Source of the DNA: Bacteroidales bacterium
GTDB taxonomy: Bacteria; Bacteroidota; Bacteroidia; Bacteroidales; F082
Length of the DNA stretch: 64,000 nt
NCBI GenBank assembly: GCA_017466405.1
Contig: JAFTUF010000041.1
Location: 10,119-74,118, forward strand
Reading direction: 5' to 3'
The notes below the pieces were generated by a model. That model searched no databases. It saw nothing but the letters and a program-made list of their open reading frames with translations, and was not told the DNA's origin. The translations under genes and the position numbers were made by a program. Shown here in pieces: positions 9,673 to 19,911 of this stretch. Each line of letters begins with the position of its first letter. The stretch's first letter is position 1.

Positions 9673-10701
9673 ATGAAAAACACAAAGATTCTCTTTATAA
9701 TTGCAGCAGCATCTCTAATCGTGATGATTATCGCTGCCTTTACAATGAGTATTATAGCAATAAACACAGCCAACAAAAGACCTGTTTCTTTGGAACAGAT
9801 TGTAGTTCAAAGCAACGACATAGAATTTTGCGACGACATATATTTTGCAGATGAAAGAGTTCCTCTCGAGATGTTCAATATCAGAGAACGTTATGAAAGA
9901 GAGTTGCTTTCCAACACATATTTTCATAGTAACACTATGGTTTTATTAAAACGCTCAAAGCGTTGGTTTCCAGTGATTGAACCTATCTTAAAACAATATA
10001 ACGTCCCAGACGATTTCAAATATCTCTGCGTTATCGAAAGCTATTTAAGCAATGTTGTCTCTCCTGCAGGCGCAGCAGGATTCTGGCAGTTCATGAAAGG
10101 TACAGCCGAAGAATACGGATTGAAAATAAACAAAGAGGTTGATATGCGCTATAACGTTGAGTTAGAGACAGAAGCAGCATGTAAATATTTTCTCAAAGCA
10201 TACGAAAGATTCGGCAGCTGGACATTGGTTGCAGCAGCATATAACGCCGGTTCATCAAGAGTTGCTAAATTCATGAAAGAACAAGGCGCTACTTCTTATT
10301 ACGACCTTCTAATGGCTGAAGAAACAGAACGTTACGTATTCAGAATATTAGCAATCAAAACAATTTTCGAGAATCCAGAAAAATATGGAATATACGTAAG
10401 CGACAAATTATCTTACGAACCTTATAAATATGACATTGTCAAAGTTAACAAAAGCGTAGAAAACTGGGCTGAATTTGCTAAAGATCACGACATAACATAC
10501 AAACTTCTAAAAGTATTTAACCCTTGGCTAAGAAGTAACTCTTTGAAAGTCAAGAAAGGTGAAGTATATGAGATAAAAATCCCAAAGAAACCTTTCAACC
10601 TAACTCATGGTCACGTCATGAATCTAATCGGCGACGAAGATTTTTTACTAAACGATTCCATTTCACAAGAAGATACTGAATATCAAGATGAACTCGATTG
10701 A
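9673..10701 (+). CDS. lytic transglycosylase (SLT domain) membrane-anchored protein
   Basis: 342 aa with an N-terminal TM. VIESYLS...SPAGAAGFWQFM...AAAYNAG are SLT catalytic-domain motifs. The stop overlaps the uvrA start by 14 nt. Confidence 0.85.
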   Translation: MKNTKILFIIAAASLIVMIIAAFTMSIIAINTANKRPVSLEQIVVQSNDIEFCDDIYFADERVPLEMFNIRERYERELLSNTYFHSNTMVLLKRSKRWFPVIEPILKQYNVPDDFKYLCVIESYLSNVVSPAGAAGFWQFMKGTAEEYGLKINKEVDMRYNVELETEAACKYFLKAYERFGSWTLVAAAYNAGSSRVAKFMKEQGATSYYDLLMAEETERYVFRILAIKTIFENPEKYGIYVSDKLSYEPYKYDIVKVNKSVENWAEFAKDHDITYKLLKVFNPWLRSNSLKVKKGEVYEIKIPKKPFNLTHGHVMNLIGDEDFLLNDSISQEDTEYQDELD

Positions 10702-13534
10702 TAAGAATATTTTTTCCGAAGAAGAATTTTTAGAAATTTACGGAGCTAAAGAGAATAATCTCAAAGACATAAGTCTGAAAATTCCACGCGACAAACTCGT
10801 CGTCATCACTGGATTAAGCGGCAGCGGTAAGTCGTCATTAGCTTTCGAGACCATCTATGCTGAAGGTCAAAGAAGATATATGGAATCGATGTCGTCATAC
10901 GCACGTCAATTCATCGGCAATATGGAACGTCCTCAAGTTGACGACATTAAAGGTTTAAGTCCCGTTATATCTATCGAGCAGAAATCCGTAAATAAAAATC
11001 CGCGTTCTACAGTAGGAACAATTACGGAAATATATGATTATCTAAGACTTCTATACGCAAGAGTCGCAGAACCTTTCTCTTACAATACAGGAGAAAAAAT
11101 GGTTCGTTACTCAGAAGAACAAATCTGCGACATAATAATAAAATCATATAAAAACAAAAGAATCAATATCTTAGCACCTGTAGTCAGAGGACGTAAAGGT
11201 CATTACAGAGAATTATTTGAAAACGTACGTCAGCAAGGATTCTTGAAAGTACGCATCGATCGCGAGTTAAGAGAGCTTAGCTACGGAATGCAAGTCGATC
11301 GTTATAAAGTGCATGATATTGAAATTGTTATAGACAGACTTCTTGTTGGCGAAGATAAAAGCAGAATCAACAAAGCTGTCGAGTTAGCATTCAAACATGG
11401 CAAAGGACTGCTGTTCGTTTTGGAAGAAGGACTAAGCGACGTCCGTTATTTCAGCAGACTTCTCATGTGTCCTACAACTGGGCTTTCATATCAAGATCCA
11501 GAACCTAACTCATTCTCTTTCAACTCGCCATACGGTGCTTGTCCGAAATGTAACGGTCTGGGAGAAGTCACTGTTATCGACATGAACAAAATTATTCCCG
11601 ATATGGAAAAGAGTCTTAGAAAAGGCGGACTCGCTCCTATCGGAGAATACAAAAACTCATGGATTTTCAATCAGTTGGAGACATTAGGACTTCATTACGG
11701 CTTCGACTTAGACACACCTTTAAAAGAATTATCTGAAGAAGCATTAAGCGCAATTCTGTATGGAACGAATGAGGCATTCACCGTAACCAAAGAATTGTAT
11801 GGAACAATGTCAACTTTCAGCACGACATTCAACGGAATAATCAGTTTCATTCAAAGTCAGAACGACGAAAACGCTTCCACAACGATAAAACGCTGGGCCG
11901 CAAGTTTCATGAATGAGACACAATGTCCTGAATGTCACGGAGCTCGCTTGAAAAAAGAGTCTTTATATTTCAAAATCAATGACAAAAACATCGCTGAGTT
12001 AGCAGAGATGGACATCGTTAATTTAGCGAAGTGGTTTGAAGAACTGCCTGCTCATCTTAATAAAAAACAAAAAGAAATCGCCACCGATATCTTATCCGAG
12101 ATAAAGAAACGCATTGATTTTCTTCTGAATGTAGGCATCGATTACTTAAACCTCAATCGTCCCGCAAAAAGTTTATCTGGCGGCGAAGCACAACGAATCC
12201 GCCTTGCAACTCAAATCGGATCATTACTCACCGGCATCCTTTACATCTTAGACGAACCAAGTATCGGTTTGCATCAGCGCGATAATCAACGACTTATACA
12301 GTCTTTAAAAGAATTGAGAGACGTCGGGAACTCCATCATCGTTGTTGAACACGACAAAGACACGATGTTAGCTTCAGATTATATCGTCGATATTGGACCT
12401 GCCGCCGGCAAACACGGAGGCGAGATTACTTTTGAAGGAACTCCAAAAGACGTGAAGAAAGGCAAGAGTCTCACCTGCGACTATCTTAACGGCAAGAAAA
12501 AGATAGAAGTACCTAAGAAAAGACGCAAAGCTCGCAATGATGAGTTCCTTATTTTAAAAGGCGCTAAGGGACACAATCTCAAGAATGTAACGTTGAAACT
12601 ACCTTTGGGAGTTATGGTATGTGTCACCGGTGTTTCTGGTTCAGGAAAATCGAGTCTTATAAACGAGACCCTCTACCCTATCCTAAGCAAACACTTCTAC
12701 CGTTCTCTCAAAGAACCACTTGAATATAAATCTATTGAAGGTCTTGAACATATCGACAAAGTTATCGAGATAGATCAAGCACCGATTGGAAGAACGCCGC
12801 GTTCCAACCCAGCGACATACACTAAAGTATTCGACGACATAAGAAAACTTTTCGGTGAATTGCCCGAATCGAAGATCAGAGGTTATAAAGCAGGAAGATT
12901 CTCTTTCAACGTAAAAGGCGGTAGATGTGAGACTTGCTGTGGCGCAGGAGTGCGTGTCATTGAGATGAACTTCCTACCCGACGTACAAGTCGTCTGCGAG
13001 ACATGTCAGGGAAAACGCTACAACAGAGAGACTTTGGAAGTTCGTTATAAGGGAAAATCTATCAATGATGTTTTAAACCTGACTATAAGCGAGGCTCTTA
13101 CATTCTTCGAAAACATACCGAGCATAACACAGAAGATAAAGACTTTGGAAGATGTAGGATTAGGTTATCTCACTTTAGGACAAGCATCTACAACATTGTC
13201 AGGCGGCGAGGCTCAACGCGTCAAGTTAGCGGCTGAACTATCAAAACGCGACACCGGCAAAACGCTTTATATCTTAGACGAACCTACGACAGGACTTCAT
13301 TTTGAAGACATAAAAGTCTTGATGGAAGTACTTAACAAATTGGTTGACAAGGGCAACACCGTCCTTATCATCGAACATAATCTTGATGTGATAAAATTAG
13401 CCGATTATATCATCGATGTCGGTCCTGACGGCGGCGACAAAGGCGGAACCATCATCAGCGAAGGAACGCCAGAACAAATCGTGAAAAAAGGAATCGGTTT
13501 TACAGCTAAGTTTCTGAAAGAAGAACTGGATTGA
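10688..13534 (+). CDS. uvrA: excinuclease ABC subunit A
   Basis: 948 aa. Two ABC modules ([23 protein letters not shown]), LSGGEAQR twice, and zinc-finger CxxC pairs. Confidence 0.97.
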   Translation: MNSIDKNIFSEEEFLEIYGAKENNLKDISLKIPRDKLVVITGLSGSGKSSLAFETIYAEGQRRYMESMSSYARQFIGNMERPQVDDIKGLSPVISIEQKSVNKNPRSTVGTITEIYDYLRLLYARVAEPFSYNTGEKMVRYSEEQICDIIIKSYKNKRINILAPVVRGRKGHYRELFENVRQQGFLKVRIDRELRELSYGMQVDRYKVHDIEIVIDRLLVGEDKSRINKAVELAFKHGKGLLFVLEEGLSDVRYFSRLLMCPTTGLSYQDPEPNSFSFNSPYGACPKCNGLGEVTVIDMNKIIPDMEKSLRKGGLAPIGEYKNSWIFNQLETLGLHYGFDLDTPLKELSEEALSAILYGTNEAFTVTKELYGTMSTFSTTFNGIISFIQSQNDENASTTIKRWAASFMNETQCPECHGARLKKESLYFKINDKNIAELAEMDIVNLAKWFEELPAHLNKKQKEIATDILSEIKKRIDFLLNVGIDYLNLNRPAKSLSGGEAQRIRLATQIGSLLTGILYILDEPSIGLHQRDNQRLIQSLKELRDVGNSIIVVEHDKDTMLASDYIVDIGPAAGKHGGEITFEGTPKDVKKGKSLTCDYLNGKKKIEVPKKRRKARNDEFLILKGAKGHNLKNVTLKLPLGVMVCVTGVSGSGKSSLINETLYPILSKHFYRSLKEPLEYKSIEGLEHIDKVIEIDQAPIGRTPRSNPATYTKVFDDIRKLFGELPESKIRGYKAGRFSFNVKGGRCETCCGAGVRVIEMNFLPDVQVVCETCQGKRYNRETLEVRYKGKSINDVLNLTISEALTFFENIPSITQKIKTLEDVGLGYLTLGQASTTLSGGEAQRVKLAAELSKRDTGKTLYILDEPTTGLHFEDIKVLMEVLNKLVDKGNTVLIIEHNLDVIKLADYIIDVGPDGGDKGGTIISEGTPEQIVKKGIGFTAKFLKEELD

Positions 13535-13544
13535 AACTGAGAGA

Positions 13545-14885
13545 TTATAGGAATTGGGTATAATAGATTGGCATACAAGTAGTATTACCATCTCTCCTGT
13601 AATCTTTGGTATAAAGCAATATCCTGTCATTTACACGTGATGAAAATTTCTCACAAAAGACATCTAACGACTTATGTGTCTTATATCCAGACGATTTTAC
13701 TTCTATAGGAATTACCTTTGCTCCTTTAGATAATATAAAGTCTATTTCATAATTGTGATTCTTGGTATGTTGAAAGGTGTGGTAAAATAATTCATGTCCG
13801 GCAGACCTTAACATTTGTGCCACAACGTTTTCAAAAATATATCCCAAATTAGTTTCTAATTTATCCGCCAATAATTTTTGATATATAACATTCTCCGTAA
13901 AATCTTTATCCCAAAACGCTAATGTCACAAATAATCCGGTATCTGCTAGATACATCTTATATTTAGTTTTATCAGATGTTAATGACAATCCTACACTCGG
14001 ATCTGATGAATGGTACGAGATATTTACTATCATACTCTCTCTCAATGTTTCTAACAAATCCTGTATTTTTTTCTGTTTAACATTATTTATGATTGTTGTT
14101 GTCTGATAGCGAGATGCATTTTTGCTCAACTCCGATGGTATAGCCCAAAATAAAGAACGTAATTTATTTGAAGGGTCCAATTTATGCAAGTCATCCGCAT
14201 ATAGATTTAAAATACGACGTTTAACAACATCTACTTTCTGCAAGTTATTTGTTTCAATATATTCATTTACAGCCTGTGGCATTCCTCCGACAAGCATATA
14301 CAAACGGAAATTTCTCATCAGATGCCTATTTGTTGCATCGCCTAGAGGTTCCATCTTTTCAAACATCTGTTTTAATAATGTCAAAGTAGAATTGTCACCT
14401 AACGCCAATCTAAATTCCTCGTAATCCATAGGATACATCTGTACACGTTCTTCTTCGCTTGGAATGACTATATTCCTCACATTTTGTTTTATACCAATCA
14501 GAGAACCTGTCTCAATATAATCATAACGACCGTCTTGCACAAGATATTTAATTGCCTGACGTACATTGGGACACAATTGCACTTCATCAAATATAATTAC
14601 CGATTTCCTTTCAATCAACACAACATTATAAATAAGTTGCAATCTCATGAAAAAATAATTCAGATCATACAAATTTGTCTCTATTATATCTTTAGTTTCG
14701 GGATTAAGATTTGCAAAATCTATAAAAATATACGATTGATACTCTCTTTCCGCGAAATGCTTGACCACTGTTGATTTTCCAACACGACGTGCACCTTCAA
14801 TAAGCAATGCTGTTTTTCCTGCAGATTCTTTTTTCCAGTTCAGCATCTTTTTATAAATCTTACGCTCAAATACTCTTCTATTCAT
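13545..14885 (-). CDS. AAA+ ATPase with C-terminal DUF4143-like domain
   Basis: Walker A GARRVGKST and Walker B IIFDEVQ. I use the ATG at 14885 (MNRRVFERKIY) rather than the track start at 14933. Confidence 0.8.
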   Translation of the reverse strand: MNRRVFERKIYKKMLNWKKESAGKTALLIEGARRVGKSTVVKHFAEREYQSYIFIDFANLNPETKDIIETNLYDLNYFFMRLQLIYNVVLIERKSVIIFDEVQLCPNVRQAIKYLVQDGRYDYIETGSLIGIKQNVRNIVIPSEEERVQMYPMDYEEFRLALGDNSTLTLLKQMFEKMEPLGDATNRHLMRNFRLYMLVGGMPQAVNEYIETNNLQKVDVVKRRILNLYADDLHKLDPSNKLRSLFWAIPSELSKNASRYQTTTIINNVKQKKIQDLLETLRESMIVNISYHSSDPSVGLSLTSDKTKYKMYLADTGLFVTLAFWDKDFTENVIYQKLLADKLETNLGYIFENVVAQMLRSAGHELFYHTFQHTKNHNYEIDFILSKGAKVIPIEVKSSGYKTHKSLDVFCEKFSSRVNDRILLYTKDYRRDGNTTCMPIYYTQFL

Positions 14886-14935
14886 AACTACAAAATAATG
14901 TTGCAAAAATACATTTTTAACATTACAAAACAAAC

Positions 14936-15028
14936 AAAAATACCGCTCTCCGCAAAATTTATTTTGTTAAAAATACCGCTCTCCGCAAAATTTATTTTGT
15001 TAAAAATACCGCTCTCCGCAAAATTTAT
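14936..15028. repeat. 33-bp tandem direct repeat, 2.8 copies
   Basis: aaaaataccgctctccgcaaaatttattttgtt at 14936-14968 and 14969-15001, then a partial copy at 15002-15028. The copies are identical, and the array sits just upstream of the AAA ATPase start. Confidence 0.95.
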
Positions 15029-15227
15029 ACATATACCATGAGCGATTCAAGTTCTTCGACATCTTTTAACGTCTTGTTACCGGCATTAAAGACGTAACGC
15101 ACAAACAAACGGAAAGCTGAGTATTTTGTCTCTCCCCAATCTCTTTGGTAATAATTCGGACCTATGTCAAAACTATATATATATTTTTTTTGATAAAATC
15201 GTAGGAGGAAGAAAAGCTATTTAATAA

Positions 15228-16226
15228 TCACCTCAACCTGATATTATCGCCAACATGAAGTATTGTATTCTCATCCATGTCGTTCATTTTGAAGATGGAT
15301 TTTAATTTCACGGCGTAAAGACGAGATACGTGCGACAGTGTCTCTCCTTTTTGTATGGTGTGATATTTATAACGGCGCATTGCCTTGTTTTTCTTAGGTT
15401 CTATATAAATTATCTCATTATCTTTCAAGGTCGTTCGCTTGCCAAGATTATTGTATTTTATAATCTGATAATCATAAATTCCAAGCATATCGGCAAGTTC
15501 ATACACAGTCTCACCTTCTCTTGCATATATGAATTTCACTTTATTATTTTCGCGGATATAACGTTCGTCAGTAGTCTTTCCAACAACTTCAGCGTCAGTG
15601 ATTTTATAAGGAGTATAAATGAGATTGTTATCAGCCTTCTGCTTTTTATCTTTAGTCTTTTGACTCTTTTCTTTCTTATACTTAAACTTACCTTTCACGA
15701 CCATCTGGTCATATTGTGTAAGGTTATAATCCTCAATATGTTTTATCAAGATATTGGCATATACAGGCAGAGTCGCATAACCTGCTTTTTTCAATCCTTT
15801 TGCCCAGCCTTTATAGTCGGTGATTTTCAAGTCGAATAGAAAAGCATAACGCTGACCTTGAGAAAGAAAAATAGAATGATCTCTATAAGAATCTTCAGGA
15901 GAATCATAAACCCGGAAACATTCTCCTTTCTCATCATCGTCGTGATAGGTGCGTTTTCCAGTCCAATCTTTATGACATTTTATTCCGAAATGATTATTGG
16001 ATTTTTTCGCCAACTCGCTGTTTCCATTACCTGATTCTATCAGTCCTTGTGCGAGAGTTATAGATGCCGGTATCTTATATTCCTGCATCTCTCTCATAGC
16101 GACATCTTTATATTTTTCAATATAATCCAAAGCTGCTTTAGACTTATTTTGCGCAAAAACAACGATATTCCACGACAGCATGAATATCATAAATACAAAA
16201 TTTCTAAAGCCTTTAAATTCCATCAA
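15228..16226 (-). CDS. secreted N-acetylglucosaminidase-domain protein with two LysM repeats
   Basis: 332 aa with a signal peptide. Glucosaminidase motif AQGLIESGNGNSELAKKSNNHFGIK. Two C-terminal LysM-like repeats (GETVYELADMLG..., GETLSHVSRLYAV...). Confidence 0.85.
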   Translation of the reverse strand: MMEFKGFRNFVFMIFMLSWNIVVFAQNKSKAALDYIEKYKDVAMREMQEYKIPASITLAQGLIESGNGNSELAKKSNNHFGIKCHKDWTGKRTYHDDDEKGECFRVYDSPEDSYRDHSIFLSQGQRYAFLFDLKITDYKGWAKGLKKAGYATLPVYANILIKHIEDYNLTQYDQMVVKGKFKYKKEKSQKTKDKKQKADNNLIYTPYKITDAEVVGKTTDERYIRENNKVKFIYAREGETVYELADMLGIYDYQIIKYNNLGKRTTLKDNEIIYIEPKKNKAMRRYKYHTIQKGETLSHVSRLYAVKLKSIFKMNDMDENTILHVGDNIRLR

Positions 16227-16343
16227 TATTTTTTTTTGTAAAATTACAAAATAAACGCAAACAATTGCTAAATATTTTTTCTTATTAATACAAGGTGCAT
16301 AAAATCTTTTTTCTTACTTTTGTAGAAATTAAGATTATTGAAT

Positions 16344-16970
16344 ATGGATTATACCATTATTAAGAAATACTTTCCCGAAATTACTGAAAATCAACTATTA
16401 CAATATCAAAAGTTATTACCTCTTTACGAAGATTGGAATAGCAAGATTAACGTCATTTCGCGTAAAGACATGGATAGTTTTTACGAACATCATGTCTTGC
16501 ATTCATTGGCAATCGCCAAATATTTCCCATTATTACCGGGAATGAAAGTGATGGACGTCGGCACTGGCGGCGGTTTCCCGGGAATTCCGTTGGCTATTAT
16601 GTTTCCTCAGACTTCATTCTTACTCGTCGATAGCATAGGCAAAAAAATCAAGGTCGTTCAAGCTGTCGCTGAATCTTTAGGATTACAGAATGTCACTGCA
16701 ATACAAGAACGCGTCGAGAAGGTAAAAGACAAATTCGATGTCATAACAAGTCGTGCTGTGACACGTTTGCCGGAGATAGCCGGTTGGGTTGGAAATAAGT
16801 TACGCATCCACAACGACATAGAAGCTGGCGGCATCTTATATCTAAAAGGCGGCGACATCGAACAAGAGTTACGCGATGTTCCTAAGAACTGGAAACGTAA
16901 ATCCACATCCATAACCAAATGGTATGCAGAGCCTTATTTCGTAGAAAAATATGTAGTTCATTTATATTAA
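16344..16970 (+). CDS. rsmG: 16S rRNA (guanine527-N7)-methyltransferase
   Basis: SAM motif DVGTGGGFPGIPLAI. The track ORF starts at a TTG (16338); the first ATG is at 16344. Confidence 0.9.
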   Translation: MDYTIIKKYFPEITENQLLQYQKLLPLYEDWNSKINVISRKDMDSFYEHHVLHSLAIAKYFPLLPGMKVMDVGTGGGFPGIPLAIMFPQTSFLLVDSIGKKIKVVQAVAESLGLQNVTAIQERVEKVKDKFDVITSRAVTRLPEIAGWVGNKLRIHNDIEAGGILYLKGGDIEQELRDVPKNWKRKSTSITKWYAEPYFVEKYVVHLY

Positions 16971-16988
16971 AATTTAAAAAATCAACTT

Positions 16989-19793
16989 ATGAGAAAGTTC
17001 TTATTATCGTTATTGATTGTCGTAGCATTCGGCATCAATGCATTTGCCCAAATGGCAATGCCAACTCCAATGGACCCTAACGTAAGATACGGAAAATTGG
17101 ACAACGGCTTGACGTATTACATCCGTCACAATGAAAAACCAGACAACAGAGCTGACTTCTACATCGCTCAAAAAGTAGGTTCTGTTCTTGAAGAAGAAAA
17201 CCAACGCGGTTTAGCTCACTTCCTCGAACACATGGCATTCAACGGAACAACAAACCTTCCTGGAATGACATTGAGAAACTACCTCCAAAGCAGAGGTATC
17301 AAATTCGGTGAGAACCTCAACGCTTACACAGCCATCGACCAAACAGTCTATATGGTGACAGAAGTTCCAACAGACCTCCCTGGTTTAGTTGACACTTGCT
17401 TGCTCATCCTCCACGACTGGTCAAGCTTCATCGCTCTTGAAGAAGAAGAAATCGACAACGAACGCGGCGTTATCCTTGAAGAAGAACGCACAACAGGCGG
17501 TGCTAACAGACGCGTCATGGAACAAATCCTTCCTAAGATGTACCCTGGCAGCCCTTACGGCGAACGCCTCCCTATCGGAACAAAAGAAGTCATCGCTAAC
17601 TTCTCATACCAAGATATTCGCGACTACTATCACAAATGGTATCGTCCTGACCTCCAAGGTATCATCATCGTCGGTGACGTCGATGTTGACGCTATCGAAG
17701 CTCGTATCAAAGAAATGTTCGCCGACATTCCTGCTCCTGTAAATCCAGCAACAAGAACACAATTCATGATTGACGACAACGTTGAACCTATCGTAGCTGT
17801 AGCTTCTGACCCAGAACAAACATCTTATCAAATCATGATGTTCAACAAACACGAAGCAACACCAGACTCACTCAAAAACGACGTCAACTATTGGATGGCT
17901 GAATATATCCTTTCTTTGATTTCAGACATGCAAATCAACAGATTACAAGAATTAGTACAAAAACCTAATCCTCCTTTCGTTTATGGTTACAGCTACTATG
18001 GTGATTACTATGTAGCTCCAACAAAAGAAGCTTGGACAAGCGTTGCTGTAGCTAAAGACGTTGAAGGTATCGACGAAGCTATCACAGCAATCGTTGCAGA
18101 AAACAAACGTATGCAACAATACGGTTTCACAGCATCAGAATATGAAAGAGCAAAAGCCGACTTCATGAAATCTATCGAAAGCGCATACAACGAAAGAAAC
18201 AATACTGAAAACAGCAAACTCGTCGATGCTTGCTTGAACCACTTCTTAAGCAACGAACCAATGATGGGCATCGAAACAGAATATATGCTCTATCAACAAA
18301 TTATGCCTAACCTCCCATTAGAAGCTATCAATGCTTTCGCATCACAGCTCATCACAAACGACAACCTCGTCATTACATTGACAGCTCCTCAGAAAGAAGG
18401 CGAAACACTTCCAACAGAAGAAGAATTGTTAGCTATGTATAACAAAGCCAATGCTATGGAAGTAGAACCATACGAAGAAGAAGTATTCGACGGTCCAATA
18501 GTAGCAGAACTTCCTAAACCAGGTAAAATCAAGAAAGAAGCTGTTAACGAAACATTCGGAACAACAGAATGGACACTCAGCAACGGCATGAAAGTCATAT
18601 ACAAACAAACAACTTTCAAAGACGACGAAATCAGAATGAGCGCTTATAGCCCAGGCGGTTTGACAGCTCTTCCACAAGACGATCCTTACACACTCCAAAA
18701 CTTAGGCGACATCATCACATTAGGCGGCGTTGGCGAATTCAGCGCAATCGACCTTCCTAAAGTTCTCGCTGGTAAGAAAGTAAGCGTAACACCTCAAATC
18801 GGAACTTATTCAGAAGGTATGACAGGTTACTGCTCACCTAAAGACTTGGAAACAATGATGCAACTTATCTATTTGTATTTCACAGCTCCACGCGCAGATC
18901 AGGAAGCTTACGAATCAACAATGGAACGTACAAAAGCTATGTTGAAAAACATGGAATTAAACCCAATGATTACATTCTCAGACTCATTGACAAAAATATT
19001 GTACAACGACCACCCATTGAGATTAAGAATGAAAGTTGAAGACTACGACAAAGTTGATTACGCTAAAGCAATGGAAATGTATGAAGATCGTTTCGCAGAT
19101 CCTAACAACTTCACATTCACATTCGTAGGTAACATCGATGTAGAAACATTCAAACCTCTCGTAGAACAATATTTAGCTTCTTTGAAGAAAAACAAACGTA
19201 AAGAAGACTGGAAAGACGTCGGTCTTAGCGTCGCTGAAGGAAACCACGTAGCTCATTTCACAAAAGAAATGCAAGATCCTAAGACATCTGTCTATATGAT
19301 TTACAACGGCGAAATGGAATATAATCTTTATAACCAAGTTTATATGTCAGTTCTTTCTGACATCATGGACATCGTTTATACAAAGACAATCCGTGAGGAA
19401 CAAGGCGGAACATACGGCGTTGGCGTTATGGGTTATGTAGATAACAAACCAACAGATAACTACATGTTCTACATCGCTTTCGATACAAACGACGAAGTTT
19501 ATGCAACATTGATGGACATCGCTAAGGCAGGTCTTAACGATATAGTAACAAACGGTCCACGTCAAGAAGACCTCGACAAAGTATTGGGCAACAAACTCAA
19601 GAAAAGACAAGAACAACTTCAAGAAAACGGATTCTGGACAAATGTCATCACATCTGAAGTAAGAGACAACATCGACGTATTGACAGATTATGAAAACATC
19701 ATCAATGGCGTTACTGTCGAATCAGTTGCTGAATTCGCAAAACAAATCTTGAACGGTAACTTGAAAGAAATAGTTCAACTTCCAGCTAAATAA
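16989..19793 (+). CDS. M16 family (insulinase-like) zinc peptidase, secreted
   Basis: 934 aa with a signal peptide and the inverted zinc motif HFLEH followed by MAFNGT. Confidence 0.9.
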   Translation: MRKFLLSLLIVVAFGINAFAQMAMPTPMDPNVRYGKLDNGLTYYIRHNEKPDNRADFYIAQKVGSVLEEENQRGLAHFLEHMAFNGTTNLPGMTLRNYLQSRGIKFGENLNAYTAIDQTVYMVTEVPTDLPGLVDTCLLILHDWSSFIALEEEEIDNERGVILEEERTTGGANRRVMEQILPKMYPGSPYGERLPIGTKEVIANFSYQDIRDYYHKWYRPDLQGIIIVGDVDVDAIEARIKEMFADIPAPVNPATRTQFMIDDNVEPIVAVASDPEQTSYQIMMFNKHEATPDSLKNDVNYWMAEYILSLISDMQINRLQELVQKPNPPFVYGYSYYGDYYVAPTKEAWTSVAVAKDVEGIDEAITAIVAENKRMQQYGFTASEYERAKADFMKSIESAYNERNNTENSKLVDACLNHFLSNEPMMGIETEYMLYQQIMPNLPLEAINAFASQLITNDNLVITLTAPQKEGETLPTEEELLAMYNKANAMEVEPYEEEVFDGPIVAELPKPGKIKKEAVNETFGTTEWTLSNGMKVIYKQTTFKDDEIRMSAYSPGGLTALPQDDPYTLQNLGDIITLGGVGEFSAIDLPKVLAGKKVSVTPQIGTYSEGMTGYCSPKDLETMMQLIYLYFTAPRADQEAYESTMERTKAMLKNMELNPMITFSDSLTKILYNDHPLRLRMKVEDYDKVDYAKAMEMYEDRFADPNNFTFTFVGNIDVETFKPLVEQYLASLKKNKRKEDWKDVGLSVAEGNHVAHFTKEMQDPKTSVYMIYNGEMEYNLYNQVYMSVLSDIMDIVYTKTIREEQGGTYGVGVMGYVDNKPTDNYMFYIAFDTNDEVYATLMDIAKAGLNDIVTNGPRQEDLDKVLGNKLKKRQEQLQENGFWTNVITSEVRDNIDVLTDYENIINGVTVESVAEFAKQILNGNLKEIVQLPAK

Positions 19794-19794
19794 A

Positions 19795-19825
19795 TTGAAA
19801 ACTTAAAGTTGAAAGTTGAAAGTTG
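19795..19825. repeat. heptamer array (GTTGAAA)n
   Basis: ttgaaaacttaaagttgaaagttgaaagttg. A reverse-oriented relative lies at 59240-59272. Confidence 0.8.
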
Positions 19826-19873
19826 TAGAGACGTACCAATGTAACATAAAAGCAAACACATTGATGCGTCTCT
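19825..19873 (+). repeat. REP-like hairpin element GTAGAGACG...CGTCTCT
   Basis: gtagagacgtaccaatgt ... acattgatgcgtctct, downstream of the M16 peptidase gene. Confidence 0.85.
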
Positions 19874-19911
19874 ATAGTTAGATTGAATTAATAATTTAAA
19901 ACAATATCATC

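Noticed and set aside
10688-10701. 14-nt overlap between the SLT gene and uvrA as a possible frameshift or fusion
   Set aside because: Both ORFs are full length with intact motifs. Short overlaps are common in compact operons.
14936-15028. Possible CRISPR array
   Set aside because: The 33-bp units are directly adjacent with no spacers, and no cas genes are present. It is a simple tandem repeat.
15330-15839. 169-aa plus-strand ORF
   Set aside because: It is antisense to the glucosaminidase/LysM gene. It is an AT-rich shadow frame.
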